A DNA stretch of 64,000 bases from the NCBI RefSeq assembly GCF_009834535.1, contig NC_045697.1:63552001-63616000 (forward strand), given 5' to 3'. This document shows, piece by piece, positions 1-12,860 of this stretch (position 1 is the stretch's first letter; every line of letters starts with the position of its first letter). The notes under the pieces were generated by a model that was given only the letters and a program-made list of their open reading frames with translations, ran no database searches and had not been told where the DNA came from. The translations under genes were made by a program, and so were the position numbers. The stretch is from Camelus ferus (taxonomy: Eukaryota).

Positions 1-292
1 AAATATATATTGAGCTGCATAAACTGTATATTCTGGAAATTAATCCCTCGTCTTGTTCTTGATATTGGAATGCTTTCAGCTTTTCACTATTGAGTATGAT
101 ATTACCTGTGGGTTTGTCATATATGGCCTTTATTATTATGTTGAGGTGTGTTCCCTCTATACCCACTTTCTGGAGGGTTTTTATCATAAATGGATTTGAA
201 TTTTATCAAAAGTTTTTCTTCATCTGTAGAGATGATATGGTTCTTATTCTGCTTGTTAATATGGGGTATCACACTGATTGATTTGTAGGTAT
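1..292 (-). mobile_element. L1 ORF2 fragment with an internal deletion, cut by the window edge
   Basis: Bases ~8-52 match the L1 segments at ~51667-51712 and ~56376-56425. Bases 53-290 match the L1 segment starting at ~52826. Confidence 0.85.
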
Positions 293-379
293 TATTCATT
301 ACTAACGTTCAGCTTGAAATGTAGAATGAAGTATTAAAGACTAGTGATGAATTAAAAAGGATAATACAGTAGTATACAG

Positions 380-585
380 TGTTTTTCAAGTGCTTACATA
401 ATCTCACTTCTTGTTTATAAAAACTCTGTAATGTAGTTTCTGTTATCATCCCAATTTAACTGATGAGAAAACTGAGGACTTGAGAGATAAAGTAACTTTC
501 CCATCACACAAATGTAGTAAGTACTAAAGTCAGAATTTTAAACCCTGAAGTCTGACTCCTGAACTCATGGTCTTAGCAACATACT
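380..585 (-). mobile_element. MIR SINE
   Basis: MIR core in antisense: atcccaatttaactgatgagaaaactgagg...aagtaactttccc...gtctgactcc. Confidence 0.75.
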
Positions 586-879
586 GTCCTATTTTTCTGA
601 CCACGTAAGATTCAAAGATAGTTAAATTTTTAATGAATCTATTAGTATAATTGATGACAGAAGTAACTTATTGGAGACAATTATAAATTGTTTCCGTATA
701 TCAGTAGAGATGTTATCAATAACAAACTTTTTATTAAAAAAACCCCATAAATCTTTATTTCCATATAAGCATGGTCACTACAGACAATACATTTAAATTC
801 ACTCTGGTTCTCACTAATATTAATTTTCATACCTACAGTGTACCAGGAATAGTGTACTTGAGTTGCATAAAGAGTTAAA

Positions 880-1600
880 AGATGGGGAAAGATAGTAATT
901 CTGCCTACACTAAGAACAAAGGATCTCTGAAGGATAAATGAAAGACAAGTGAAGAAAGTCTGAGGGTTTTTTTCAGGCAGAAAGAATAGCAAATCTACGT
1001 TGTTCTAAAATAGCCACTAAAAATACTTTCGTGTTAATGGAGAGAAGTGCGAGTGGAGAGTGGCAGAGACGAAGCAGGGAAGGAGGCAGGTGCCAGTTAG
1101 CAGAGAGCCTTCTGTCATCCTGTCACAGTGAAGTGCTTTGGCTTCATGCTATGGAGACTATTTGAAGCCATTTCCTTTTTTCAGGTGGCTTATATCTGAA
1201 GGCTATAGGGTGAAATAAAACAAAGAGATTGAAATAATGCAGGAAGTTTGGCAAGAGCCTTAAGAGGACAATTGGAGGGTAGGGAATGCATTTAAGAATT
1301 GTTGATGAGTTAAAATCATCAGATTAGTGACAAGTTAGAGAGAAATACAAGGTGACCTCTAATATGTAAAGTGACTGGGTGACATGTGAAGCCATTTCTG
1401 ATAGTCAGAAATTAGGAGGCAGAGCCAGTAAGAGAATGGAGGAGGCTGATGCATTGATCATGTTTATTTTTAAGCATCTAACAGACCTCCAGGTAGCTAT
1501 CTCCAAATACAGATAGACATAGATGACTGCAACTCTAGGGAGAGGTCAGCACAATGCACTTGGAAGTTGTAAACCCACAGGTGGTACTGAAACCATGCAA
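880..1600 (-). mobile_element. L2 LINE fragment (degraded)
   Basis: Purine-rich L2 antisense motifs: caggcagaaagaatagc and ctccaggtagctatctcc...ctagggagaggtc. Confidence 0.55.
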
Positions 1601-4019
1601 AGAACATTAAAAAGGATTTTGCAGGGCATAGTGTTTGACATGTAGTAATTTTTCAACAAATAACTTTGGAGAAAATAAATCAAGCAAGGTGTGATGTCTC
1701 AAAAAAAAAAATGAAAGAATAGCACATTTAGGGGCAAGAAGAAGCACTCATGTTTGGGGGGGCATATAATATATTCATCTGAATCTTGTCTGTAGTCGTA
1801 TACACAGGAGCTAAAATTATATTGTCTCCTGGAAAGCATCAAATTACATTGACTGACTCTAGGTAGAGAGGGAGGTAAGTTGGATAGCTGTATAGAGGAC
1901 TGTGACAGTATTGGTTTAAAAAGAAAAAAAAAAAAAAAAACTAAAGAAACAGGAAAACACACTAAAATCTGACAAAGATGATTAGTTCATAGTACATGCT
2001 ATTTTTAATTTATGCTTAAACTATTTTCTGATAACTTTTAATAAAGGACAACTGGAAAATGTGGGACAGAGTAAGTGTCAACTATACTTTGTAAAACCTG
2101 AGCTCGAAGGTAAAAAGATGAAGAGGGAGTGAGAGTGGACTCAAGGAGAGTTTTTTTGTTTTGTTTTGTTTTTTTTAAGATAGAGGTTTCAGCATTTTAC
2201 ATATTAAAGAATAAGGCTGATAGAGACGGGCCTTTTTTGAGCTATAGCTTGAGATTAGAGAATGTTTCAACACCATAGGTGTGAAGTCAGAAATGAGGAA
2301 ATTCATATCATTCTGTATGTGTGTCCTTCAAATTCCATTACAATAAAGCCAGAACTTTCATATTTTTAATGTATGCCTTAGTGTGCTAAAAGCATAAACT
2401 CATTTTATCTAGTTCTGCATTGCAATAAAGAACTAAAGGGAAAATGTTATACTTCTTAAATGACATCATTTGAGAAATTATAGGCAGTCACATAATCTTT
2501 TTCCCAGAGGAAGTGAGTGACCGTGAGACTTGCACAGACTGCTGTGTATTTGTATTTTAAAGCATCATCACATGCTTGCAGTACTCTCCCTAATATAGAG
2601 CCATTACCACAACAAACTGGAAAGAGATTATCTGCTGAAAGAATAGGAAGGAAAATGTGTTCGCTAGCATACAATTTTATATGAGTATTGAGGACTGTTG
2701 AAAAGATAATATAGTGGAAGTTACAGAAGTGTCACAGGATGGTCAGGGAGAACTTATTTATAATTATTAATAAATCAATTTATTAATTTATATATAGAAT
2801 TTCTTAATGACTTCAAGAATTAATATTTCAGATAGAATATAATTGCCTTTGTCCTGTCCTGTATAAAGCAACTATTGTGATTTTTGTGAATCAGGAATTC
2901 TTTTAGGATTTGGAACCATTTCACTGGAAGTACCTTCTATTTTTTGCCAGATTCATCTTGCATTTGGAGATGGTTTTTCATTCCTTAGAAAATATTAAAT
3001 AATTTTCCTGAGAAGCATTCTTAGCACTCAGGGCACTGTTAAGTGTGTGTTAGAACAGTAATGGAGTTGAGGAAAAGATGACAGTGATAGGAGATAGTAC
3101 TTGAGAAAAATTATGCTCAATGGATAAAGATGGCTTTACAACCACCTCCTGAATAAGGGAAAGTCTCCTTGTGAAATGCCAAATTTATCGAATGCTTAAA
3201 TCACATTATCAAGTGTCAGGACAAATCTGCCAAAGGAGAGAGAATTCAGCTGCCATTATTACTAATCCTGTTACCACAAATCCCTTGTTCCATATTCTTT
3301 TCATCTGCAGTGTCTTTCCCACATCATTATACTAGTTTTCTTTTCTCAGTCCTGTCACTGAATCCTACACCTCTGTGTCTTGGTATTAGTTCATCTTGGA
3401 CAAGCTGCTTTGAACTCCCTGACCCTCTAACAGCTGCTCTCCATTGCTGTTTTCCAATGCCTTTTGCCTCTATGCATTAAGCTCAGATGTGAGCTCGACA
3501 GTTTTACTAGTCCGTCAGGCTTGAAAGTCCTGGCTGCTGTTACAGCATCACTGGGATTCAAATTTCAAGGGTATGCGTTCCCTTCATCTTTTGAGATTGT
3601 AAACTGGAGCTTTCCTTGGCAGAATTCTGACCTAGGCAAAAATAACTCATGGTACCTCCCCACTTAGAGATGTGGGCTCCTTGTAATCCTCTCATCTCTT
3701 CCTGCTTTCAGTCTCTTTTAACTCCATCTTTCAAGCATATGTTTTCTGATTCAGGCTCAGTCTGACTTGCTGTGGAGGAAATTCATCTCATGTTCTCAAA
3801 TTCAGTAATGACCAGTCTAAGGCAGCTACCTCCTCTCAACCCAGAAATGCCTGTCAGTTTTAGTGAAAAATTTTAAACATTGGTGGGGAAGACATTTTTG
3901 TTTAGCAGAATTTTATATATTTATGCAACGGTGAAAGACAGTTGCCTGTTGTTAATTTGCAAGATCTTTATCTCTAAACTGTTATCTTTGAGGTTAATAA
4001 TAACTATTAATTACTGATA

Positions 4020-4250
4020 AGAATGATAATAACATTGGGAAGTTATGTACTAGATTTTCTTCTCATTTAACCTCAGAACAACTCTATGCTGTAATTTATG
4101 ATTATCCTCATTTTACTGATAAAAAAGTTGAGATGCAAAAAGGTTTATAAATTTCCCCAAAGTCACCTGACAAAGAATGGTGCTACAGAGCTCTCATTCT
4201 TATTTGTAGTGAAGCTACCATTATAAACAGTAGTCCTTAAAACTACTATG
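4020..4250 (-). mobile_element. MIR SINE
   Basis: ctcatttaacctcagaacaactctatg...cctcattttactgataaaaaagttgag...caaagtcac. Confidence 0.7.
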
Positions 4251-6444
4251 TCTACTGAGTTGAGAGAAAATGAAGGCTATTCTGAATTCATTGACTTGTA
4301 GGGTCAGAAATTTCTGAGTATTCTCTAGCTCAACTGCTGCTCCTGGTTTTAGTTATCCAACAAGTATCACCCACATTGAAACTACTCAGAAGAAGTGAGA
4401 TCAATAGACTTACCAAATGAAAACATTTAAATAAGGAGGTTAAAAAAAGAAGTTAAATACATACAGATATAAATATCCCTAAATGGTGTAGGATATAAAA
4501 CTTATAGAAATGGTTGCACAGTACAGGATACAAAATGCTCCCAGATGGAGGTAGGACTTCCCAGATACAAGCCACTAAGTGGTTGAGAATACTGCCAGCA
4601 TTGAATGATGATTCTGCAAGGAACAGAAATGTGTCTTTATCATTCTTAGGAAAGGCATGGAGAGACAGACAGAGGGAGATGGAGGGACAGAGACTGACAA
4701 ACGAGCAGCAGAGGGAAGGAGACTGTGCACAAAGCTGAGCAAAATGACTCCAGTGCATTGTTGTAACTGGGTAAATTGAAGGTTAACTTCTTGGGTGTTT
4801 TGTTGCAGAGATTAAGCCAGTTTAAAGTTCATTCTTACACCATTTCTCTCTATTCTGAAAAAGTATACATTTACACATTCAGGAACCTCTTAGAACATTC
4901 CAAATTTTTAGAATATCCAAAAGAGGTATCAAATTTAATTTGGGAGAGGGAAGAAAAAAGGCATACCAGTTAGGGATCAACAAGGACAGAGACTAACACA
5001 GCCCTTCAACGGACATGGGGATTTTACAATGATGAGAAAGCAGAAATACAGTGTAGGTAGTGGAGAATAAAAGAAAGAGCCAACATAAAAAACCAAATGT
5101 GAAGGCAAATTAAATAAGAGTAAATTGAGGTCATATAGTTCCAGGCCCTGGAGGATACATAATTATATTGATGATACTAAATATACAACCATCCTTATTT
5201 ACAATTTTCTTTGTCGTTGTCTTGAAAAGAATTTAATCCAACTGTGTATTAAGCAATTACTGAATTACATTTGAATTCAAAAAGTTAAGTTGTAATAGCA
5301 ATGAAAAGCCACTACCTATACATTACATGTGAAATATTTAAAAATTAAAGAGGAAAACAATTTTACATCCCTAATTCATCACTTACTTTATTACTGGCTT
5401 ATTCTACCCTTTATACTTTTGTATTAAGTGCCCTTGATTTAGCTATACTTTGAAAGGGCAAGAGTAGAAAGAATAATAAGTAAGCAATAAAAAATTCAGA
5501 GCAGCTATCTTATCTTTCTATTTTTTGAAAATGTAATAGAAACTTCACTTTGGCACAGAGCATTGTTTTATATTTTACCATTTGGTCTCTGTTGCTTACC
5601 ACAAAAATCAGGATTTGGCACTATTTTTAAATGAGTAAAACAAAACATTTGAGGTTTATACTTTAACTGATTAAATTGGAAAAAGAATCATTTGTAACTT
5701 TGAGGAATGCTTTAGCATTTTTATATCTTTTCATTCAAAATTGAGTTAAGTTCTTTGAAAATGAGCTTAAGAAACCCAAGTGGAAAAAAATATGACTTTG
5801 AGATGAAAGTGTCTTGGAACAGATGTTCTCAGTTTTCTACTCAGAATAGTATCTCTACTGTAGCTTTGCTAAATATTTATAAATTTATTTTGTGCAGTTG
5901 TTTAATCCTCCTTTTCAGGACCAATAAATAGTTATCAAAATTCATATGTTTTCATTTTCATTTGATTAGTAATTTTATGCATGAAATAATAGAAATATTT
6001 CAAAAACTCAAATTGTTATTAGTGTTAAATAGCAGTGTCACACATTTTAATAAGATACACTTGTACATATTTGTGCAAATATAATTTTTGGAATCTTACT
6101 GAAAAAACGTCCCTCAAAATTAGCTTTTCCTTATTTGAAATGACTAGTTCAGGCTGTAGATAGCATAAAATACAAAAGTACATTAGCTCAAAAATGGGCA
6201 TGTAAACAACTTAAATTTATTAATGATGCACAAGAGTAAATATTGCAATATGAAGAAACCCACTGTAATAATTTTCATTTTGCTCAATGCCAAACTCTTA
6301 AATCTTTTTAGAACTAAAAAACAAAAGAGTAGATTGCCTGCAAGTAGTCTGTGGAGAAATACTGTTTAAATAATCCACAAAAATAGTGCTTATAAAAAAT
6401 AAATAAATCTAGGTCATTAATATAAAGCGTTGTCATTGAAAGCG

Positions 6445-6560
6445 ATCTGATGTGGACTAGTGGAGACCTAGATTCTGGTTTTCTGTTTGCCACTTAATAG
6501 ATTTGTGACTCTGGGAAATATATTTCACCTTTCTGGGCTTCAGATGCCACATATCTTCAA
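6445..6560 (+). mobile_element. MIR SINE fragment
   Basis: gacctagattctggttttctgtttgccacttaatagatttgtgactctgggaaat...tctgggcttcag. Confidence 0.65.
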
Positions 6561-6589
6561 GAATTAGACTAAAGGCTTTCTTAGGTAAA

Positions 6590-7035
6590 CTGTAGCAAGT
6601 GCTGCCAGTGCTCTGCCCATGTCCCCTGAGATTTCTTTACTACATGTGCACATATACGCACGCTGCACGAGCTCCAGATGAATGTTTGCTCCCAGCAGCC
6701 TCAACTGTCTTTGTGAGCTGTCCTTAGGTTCAGGCCTGCTTTACTTGCAGGGCAAACCTCCCTTAACCAATGACTGACCTGTGTCTACACCCCAGCTCCA
6801 TATCACTAACTACTCCTTTGCCCTTGGATGGGGACAGTATCATGATGAGATTTCCCCTCTCTGCAGCATTTTCTTTTGAGATGAAGCCAAAACAACCCTC
6901 TGAGACCTGGAAGCTGTACTTTTGGATGTACTTCTTCCCTTCCTTTTCCAATTTCCTCCCTCTCCTATGTTTCCTGGGAGCATTGCCTAATAAATCAATT
7001 TCAGAGGAATTCTCGAGTCAATTTCTGGATATCAC
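6590..7035 (+). mobile_element. ERVL solo LTR, LTR16-like
   Basis: Starts tgtagcaagtgctgccagtgctctgcccatgtcccc. Contains aaccaatgactgac and acaccccagctcc, with cctaataaatc (polyA signal) near the 3' end. Confidence 0.65.
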
Positions 7036-8759
7036 AAGCAACAATAATCTTTTTAAAAAATTAATATATAATTGACATATAACATTCCAAACTATAATAT
7101 TCTGATTCATTTTGTTTTGGTTTGACATTGGTTTAAATGAACTTTGTCTAATGGCTGGCGTTGGATAATGCGTGTGATCTCAGAAATACATTGCAAGAAC
7201 TACTGCACCAATATTGGTGCAGGAAACAAATTAGTATAAATGTTACTATAAATACAAATATAATAACATGATAATGTAGTTACTTTACAAAATAAACTAC
7301 TATACATGTTTTTATTTTTATCAATGACTATATGAAAATTTGGGGGTATCATTGTTATCTGTGAACCACTAGCATGATTTCATATAAATCAGATATTTCC
7401 CAAGTAAACTTAAAAGCCTAGCAAAAAATGTAATCTCTTTTGAGAGTAAAATGGAAAAAAACAAAAGCAAATAAAAAAATCAAACTAAAATAAGTAAAAT
7501 CTCAGTGAATTGGACACTCTCACATGTGGAATTAAAATATAGAATTAACATAGTATACCGAGATTTAGGCCTACTTTAGATGAAAAGATGTTAAATGACT
7601 AATCAAACATATATATGCATGTAATTCTAATGTCAGTAAACTAAAAGATGGGTTCTATTTTGTGTCATAGTTTTACTTTTAAAATCAAAATAAAACTTTA
7701 AAAAATACTGCTTACATGGTACTGGTAATAAATACATGTATAATTTTTCAAAGTTACTTAGAAAGCTTTAAAAATACTAGTGTGGAAGTACGTGTTATTT
7801 AATGGTAAAAGAAATTGCCTTTGATAAAGACTAATTGTGGTTTTAATCAGATAATAATACAAAATCTTTTAAAGATTAAAAATATTTCTGAGGGGAAGGA
7901 CCTCTGCTGTATGGTAATGTATCAAAATACTTTTGTCTCACAACTAGCAAGTAAAATAAGAAGAAAAATTATCACAATTGGTATTTGGCATTTATTTTCC
8001 CTATTTGACAATCATTTCCCTTGGATTCAACCTGAGAGCGAGGTTTTGTCTGAAAAAATATATAGTTTAATGTTAATAGCATGTTCCCTCTTATTTTGCT
8101 GATCAATAACTTGAAATACTGCTCTAAAATTTCACAGTTTGGCATATATAATTGTGACAGATCTTTGAAGTACTTAAATGCTATCTGGAGATGGAGTATC
8201 ACCACAATCTGTACTACACTGCTACACAGACTTCATTCTTGTAATGACAGACTATCTTCTCTGCCTTCTTCATTTGATTGCAAGTAGCCTGCTTGAGAAA
8301 TGTGTATCACCTAATAAACAAATGAAAACTTACTTGTTGGTTTTATCTTATTAAATATGTTCTCTTAGATTTTAAATAAAACCATCTGAAAAGATATTTC
8401 ATTACTGTCTTCTTAGAATCTAAAGATGAGAGCTTACATACAGGGTAGTTTCCTTTGTAATTAGGCTAAGAAAGTATGGTTGTCCTGTTATATTTTTACT
8501 GGAAGCAGAATTTTAATTATAAATTTATCTTTACTAGCCACCTCCTCATATTATTTCTTGTTTTTCCCTTTTTCTCTTTTAGTCTCCTACTTTGACAGAA
8601 TCAGGACTATGTGTATAAATCGCTTGTAAAGTTATGTAAAGTTGCAAACTATCCCAAGGGAGGACTTTTGTTTACTTGCTCCTCAGAAATTGTTACTCCA
8701 ACTTCTCTTGGTTTGTATTTATCAGCTATGTTTTCAATTTTTTTGACTTTGTGACTGGC

Positions 8760-9012
8760 TTTTTTTTTTTTTAATTTGCATTTTTAATTGAAATACAGTC
8801 AGCTTACAATGTCATGTCAATTTCTGGTGTACAGCATAATGTTTCAGTCTTACATATACATACATATATTTGTTTTCATATTCTTTTTTATTATATTCAC
8901 TTTCATATTCTTTTCATTTTTAAATATAGTTCCCTGTGCTATACAGTATAAACTTGTTCTTTATCTATTTTATATATAGTAGTTAGTATTTGCAAATCTC
9001 AAACTCCCAATT
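8760..9012 (-). mobile_element. L1 3' end (5'-truncated, artiodactyl/camelid type)
   Basis: A poly-T tail is followed by attgaaatacagtcagcttacaatgt...tccctgtgctatacag. Similar to the L1 ends at 22337, 55425 and 63812. Confidence 0.85.
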
Positions 9013-10889
9013 TAGTGTTTTTAATTCTTTTATTTCAATATGTCATTTTTGTTTTTGCATACAACATATTGTTGGATCTAATTTTTATTCAGCTTATGGG
9101 CCTTTGTCTTTTATGTGGTTAGTTCAATACATTTTCATTTGTTTTAATTTCTTTTTAAGATTTAATTTTGCCATCATTTATCTTGTTTCTCCTTTCTTGT
9201 ACTTTTTGTACTCTTTTAAAGGAAATTCTGTAAAATTCTTTTATGTTATTTAAAAATTATATAGGCCAATTTATTTTTCTTAAGAAACATATATGGAATA
9301 ATTATTTCTTAAATGTGTTAATGACTGTATCTTCCATCTTACAAAAGAAGCACATTATACACCCCATGTCTTTTGTTCTCCTTACTTACCACTGTATACT
9401 AATACCTGGAATATTATTTTTGGTAACATAAACTTTCTCTTCTTTCATTTCCTTCCTTCTGTCCTTCCTTCCATGTATTATAGTATATTTACTTAAAATT
9501 ATTTAATTATCTATATTAATACTGTGCTTCAGAAACATTTATTTTGTCCAGTTCATTGTTTATCTGTGAGGTATGGGCAACCTCAGGAGTCAAGTTTATT
9601 TGTCCTGGGAGCTCATATTACCTATGGAATATTGGTTCATTGATCTTGGAGAAAGACCATAGGCCATACTGTAATCTTCGCCAGTCTAGGCTGGTTCAAG
9701 ATGTGTATGTGTGAAGAGGTAGGGCGTGGGGCATTCCAACCAAAGTTACCACTTTATGTTGCAACAATCCAGGAAGAAGCAACTCTTTCAGGATTTCACC
9801 CCCAAATCCTTAAGGAGTTATGGGAAAGCCAGTTTTATAAGATTGTTCTCCACAAATCCAGGGGGTTGGATTGGGAGAAGTAAAGGACTTAATGCTGCTT
9901 ACTTTCACCTCATCCAGTAAGATTCTTGCCCACGTAGTTGCCCAGAGTGATTTGAGGAAAGGTGAGAGACAGTGATTGTCCAAAGGGAAGGAGTGGATGA
10001 GGTGGGGTGAAGAGAGACAAAAAGAATTTAAATTGCCCTTCCATTCTTGTCACTAGCTTTTCTCTGCAACTAGCAACTTGTGTAAGTTGGACATCTTGTT
10101 GAACATATGAATTTTGTGTCGGGGTGGTGAATTCATCTATGTTCAATATGCATTATTTAAGTGAAGTGTTTCTATTCAGTGGTTTACAATTTCTCCTATA
10201 ATTCACTTTCCTCTTTTAAATTGTTCACATATTTTTAAAATTTTGTTAACTTATGATTATGCACACAAACCTCATAGCTAGACAATATTATAGAGTTGGA
10301 AACTTAAATTTTTTTAACAATGAGATCCCCATTTATAATGAAGATATTCTAAAATCTGACCTTAAAAATATTCCTTTGAAAGACACTTAAATGAAGTGTG
10401 AAAATGTCAAGCATCAGCTAATAAATCTTTGTGAAATTTTCTATTTATATGCCATTTTTAAATGAATTGATAACTCACACATATAAAACTTAGAATAGAT
10501 AACATATAGTGAGACTACTGAAATCTCATCCAAAATGTTGTTCTTTTGTGAATACAATTGAATGTTTCTAAATATTGCCTCTGTTATGGCCTAAATAATC
10601 CACACATTATTTTAGTGGATTAAACTGCTTTATTATCTTTTTTGATCTAAAGCAACATACCAATCAAAGGAAAAAAGTGGTATGTTTGTTTCTATGCATG
10701 TTCTTACACAAAAGCATCTATATGATTGTGTGGCCATCTGTTAGAAGTGCCAAGAAAGCAAATTCTATAAGACAACTATTACTTGTTAAGTTCCAGTTTA
10801 TTTTACTGATACCCCAAAACTACCCTCCTCCAAGAAAGCAACTTGCTTTGTTCCAAGAAAGACTGTCTGTACTGTCCACTAGCTCCAAT

Positions 10890-11032
10890 TCTGTCTCCTT
10901 TTTCCACCCCACTTCCTGTTTTTCTTTTTCTTTCTCCTCTTCCTTCTCAACTTGCCTTTCCTTTTTGTTTTGGCCATTTCTTCCACCATCTATTTCCTTC
11001 TTTTTCCTCACACTTTTTCTTTCTCCCTCCTG
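10890..11032. repeat. Low-complexity CT-rich tract
   Basis: ~140 bp made mostly of C and T. It accounts for the spurious K/E-rich ORF at 10820-11041 (-). Confidence 0.7.
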
Positions 11033-11177
11033 TATTATCAAGTAGCAGTGGTACCATTATATTTACAAGTTGTAATGATGATTATATCTAGTATTTAATC
11101 ATTAAATATTTTCCTTGTATTGGACATGTGCTCAGCTTTTTACCATGAGTAATTAGAGTCGGTGGTGCTTGGGATTC

Positions 11178-11521
11178 TACTATGGTCTGAACGTTTGTGT
11201 CCTCCCCAAATTCATATATTGAATTCTAACCCCCCAGGTGATAGTATTAGGAGCTGGGGCCTTCGGGAAGTGATGAGGTCATGAGGGCAAAGCCCTCACG
11301 AATAGGACTAGTGCCCTTGTAAAAGAGACAGTACAGAGATCTCCCAACCTTTACACCATGGGAGGACACAGGGAGAAAGTGCCATCTGTGAGGAAGCAGG
11401 CCATCCTCAGACACTGATCTTAGACTTTCCAGCTTCCAGAACTGTGAGAAATAAACTGCTACTGTTTGTAAGCCACACAGTCTATGATATCTTGTTAAAA
11501 CAGCCCCAACAGTCCAAGACA
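11178..11521 (+). mobile_element. MaLR solo LTR, MLT1A/MLT1A0-like
   Basis: Runs from tactatggtctgaacgtttgtgtcctccccaaattcatat through cagaactgtgagaaataaa to aagaca. Flanked by gattc (11173-77) and gattg (11522-26), a 5-bp TSD with one mismatch. Confidence 0.9.
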
Positions 11522-12339
11522 GATTGGATAGACATTGGCTTGTGATTTCATTAAAATTATGCTGAAAACTGTGAGGTTGGATTAAAATTCATAGACGAAG
11601 GAATTTAGATTTAAAAAGGTTAATTTAAAAACTCCAGAGTTGTATATATATACTTGGAATAAAGTATATAATCTCTCTATGTATACTTTATTCCTATGTT
11701 GATTTAGGTGTGTTACTAAAAATGGAGCATACATACAGTAGTGCAGTTGTGAATATTTGAAAGAGAACTGAAAATGAAATAACACTGAAATTGTTCATAA
11801 ATTTCTTTAGTGAATTGTTACTACTTAAATATTCTGGCTGTATTCTTTCCATTGCATTAGAACACAAAGAAAGTGTATGATATTTCATAATAAACTCAGT
11901 AGATCTTGTCATATAAAACAATGACATTTAGAGGCACCTGAATCATTTTTGGATAATTATATGCTGTATTAAATTGTTTTACAAGAGATGGGTAACATTA
12001 GACTGACCTAAGCTAGTTTGATCTTTCTAAGAATAAATGGAAGTTGAAAGGTTTGCTTTGCTCAGCATTTCCAAAAAGAATAAAAATATGTAAAACATTT
12101 TGGACTATAATTTCAGGAATGAAATTAGAGATTAAATATCACTTTATAAGTTCATAAAGAAGTGAAATGTGTATAATAATTTACATTTTAAATCACAAGA
12201 ATCCTGGCCAAGTGGAAAAAAAGATGAAGTGAACATACTTTAGACTTCGGATGAAATACAATAAAAAAACAAACACCTTGAAGAGCTTATCAAATTCCTT
12301 AAATAGAAAGTAAATTTTTTTTTCTGGAGTAGATAGTGT

Positions 12340-12860
12340 CCTAGAGAATGTTAGACCAGACAGAGAGCCAGAGACCAGATTATAAAGAACCAAATGAATC
12401 ATGCTAAGGAGTTTTAAACTTATCTTGAATTTGTAAGAACCAATGAGGTGTGATCTGATTTTATTTTACAAAGATAATTTGGCTGCAACATGGAGCATAT
12501 ATTAAGTGAAACAAAGCTAGAGGAGAGTGTACTACTAAAAGAGCAAGATGTTGGAGGAACAATCATGAAAGTCTGGAGTAAACACTGGCAGTTAAAAAAT
12601 GGAAAAGAATAGACACATTTGAAGGTGATTTCGGAAGAGAATATCTTGGACTTGGGATGGGCCACTGTGGGAAACTAAGCATCTAGGATGACCTTTAGTG
12701 TTTTAATTGGAGATTCTTTGATAATGATACCTTTTTCTGGTACAGGGAGTCCAAAGAGAAAGAAAAATATTAGATGACAAGTTTTGTTTAGAATGATGAG
12801 ATAGTGAAGCATTTGGGCTATTTAAGTAGATATGCCTAGTAGGCATTTTGACGTAAGAGA
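12340..12860 (-). mobile_element. L2 LINE fragment
   Basis: catgctaaggagttttaaact; tgatctgattttattttacaaagataatttggctgc; aagtagatatgcctagtaggca. Confidence 0.65.

Noticed and set aside
10677..11091. Overlapping 73-122 aa ORFs
   Set aside because: They are by-products of a low-complexity CT-rich tract.
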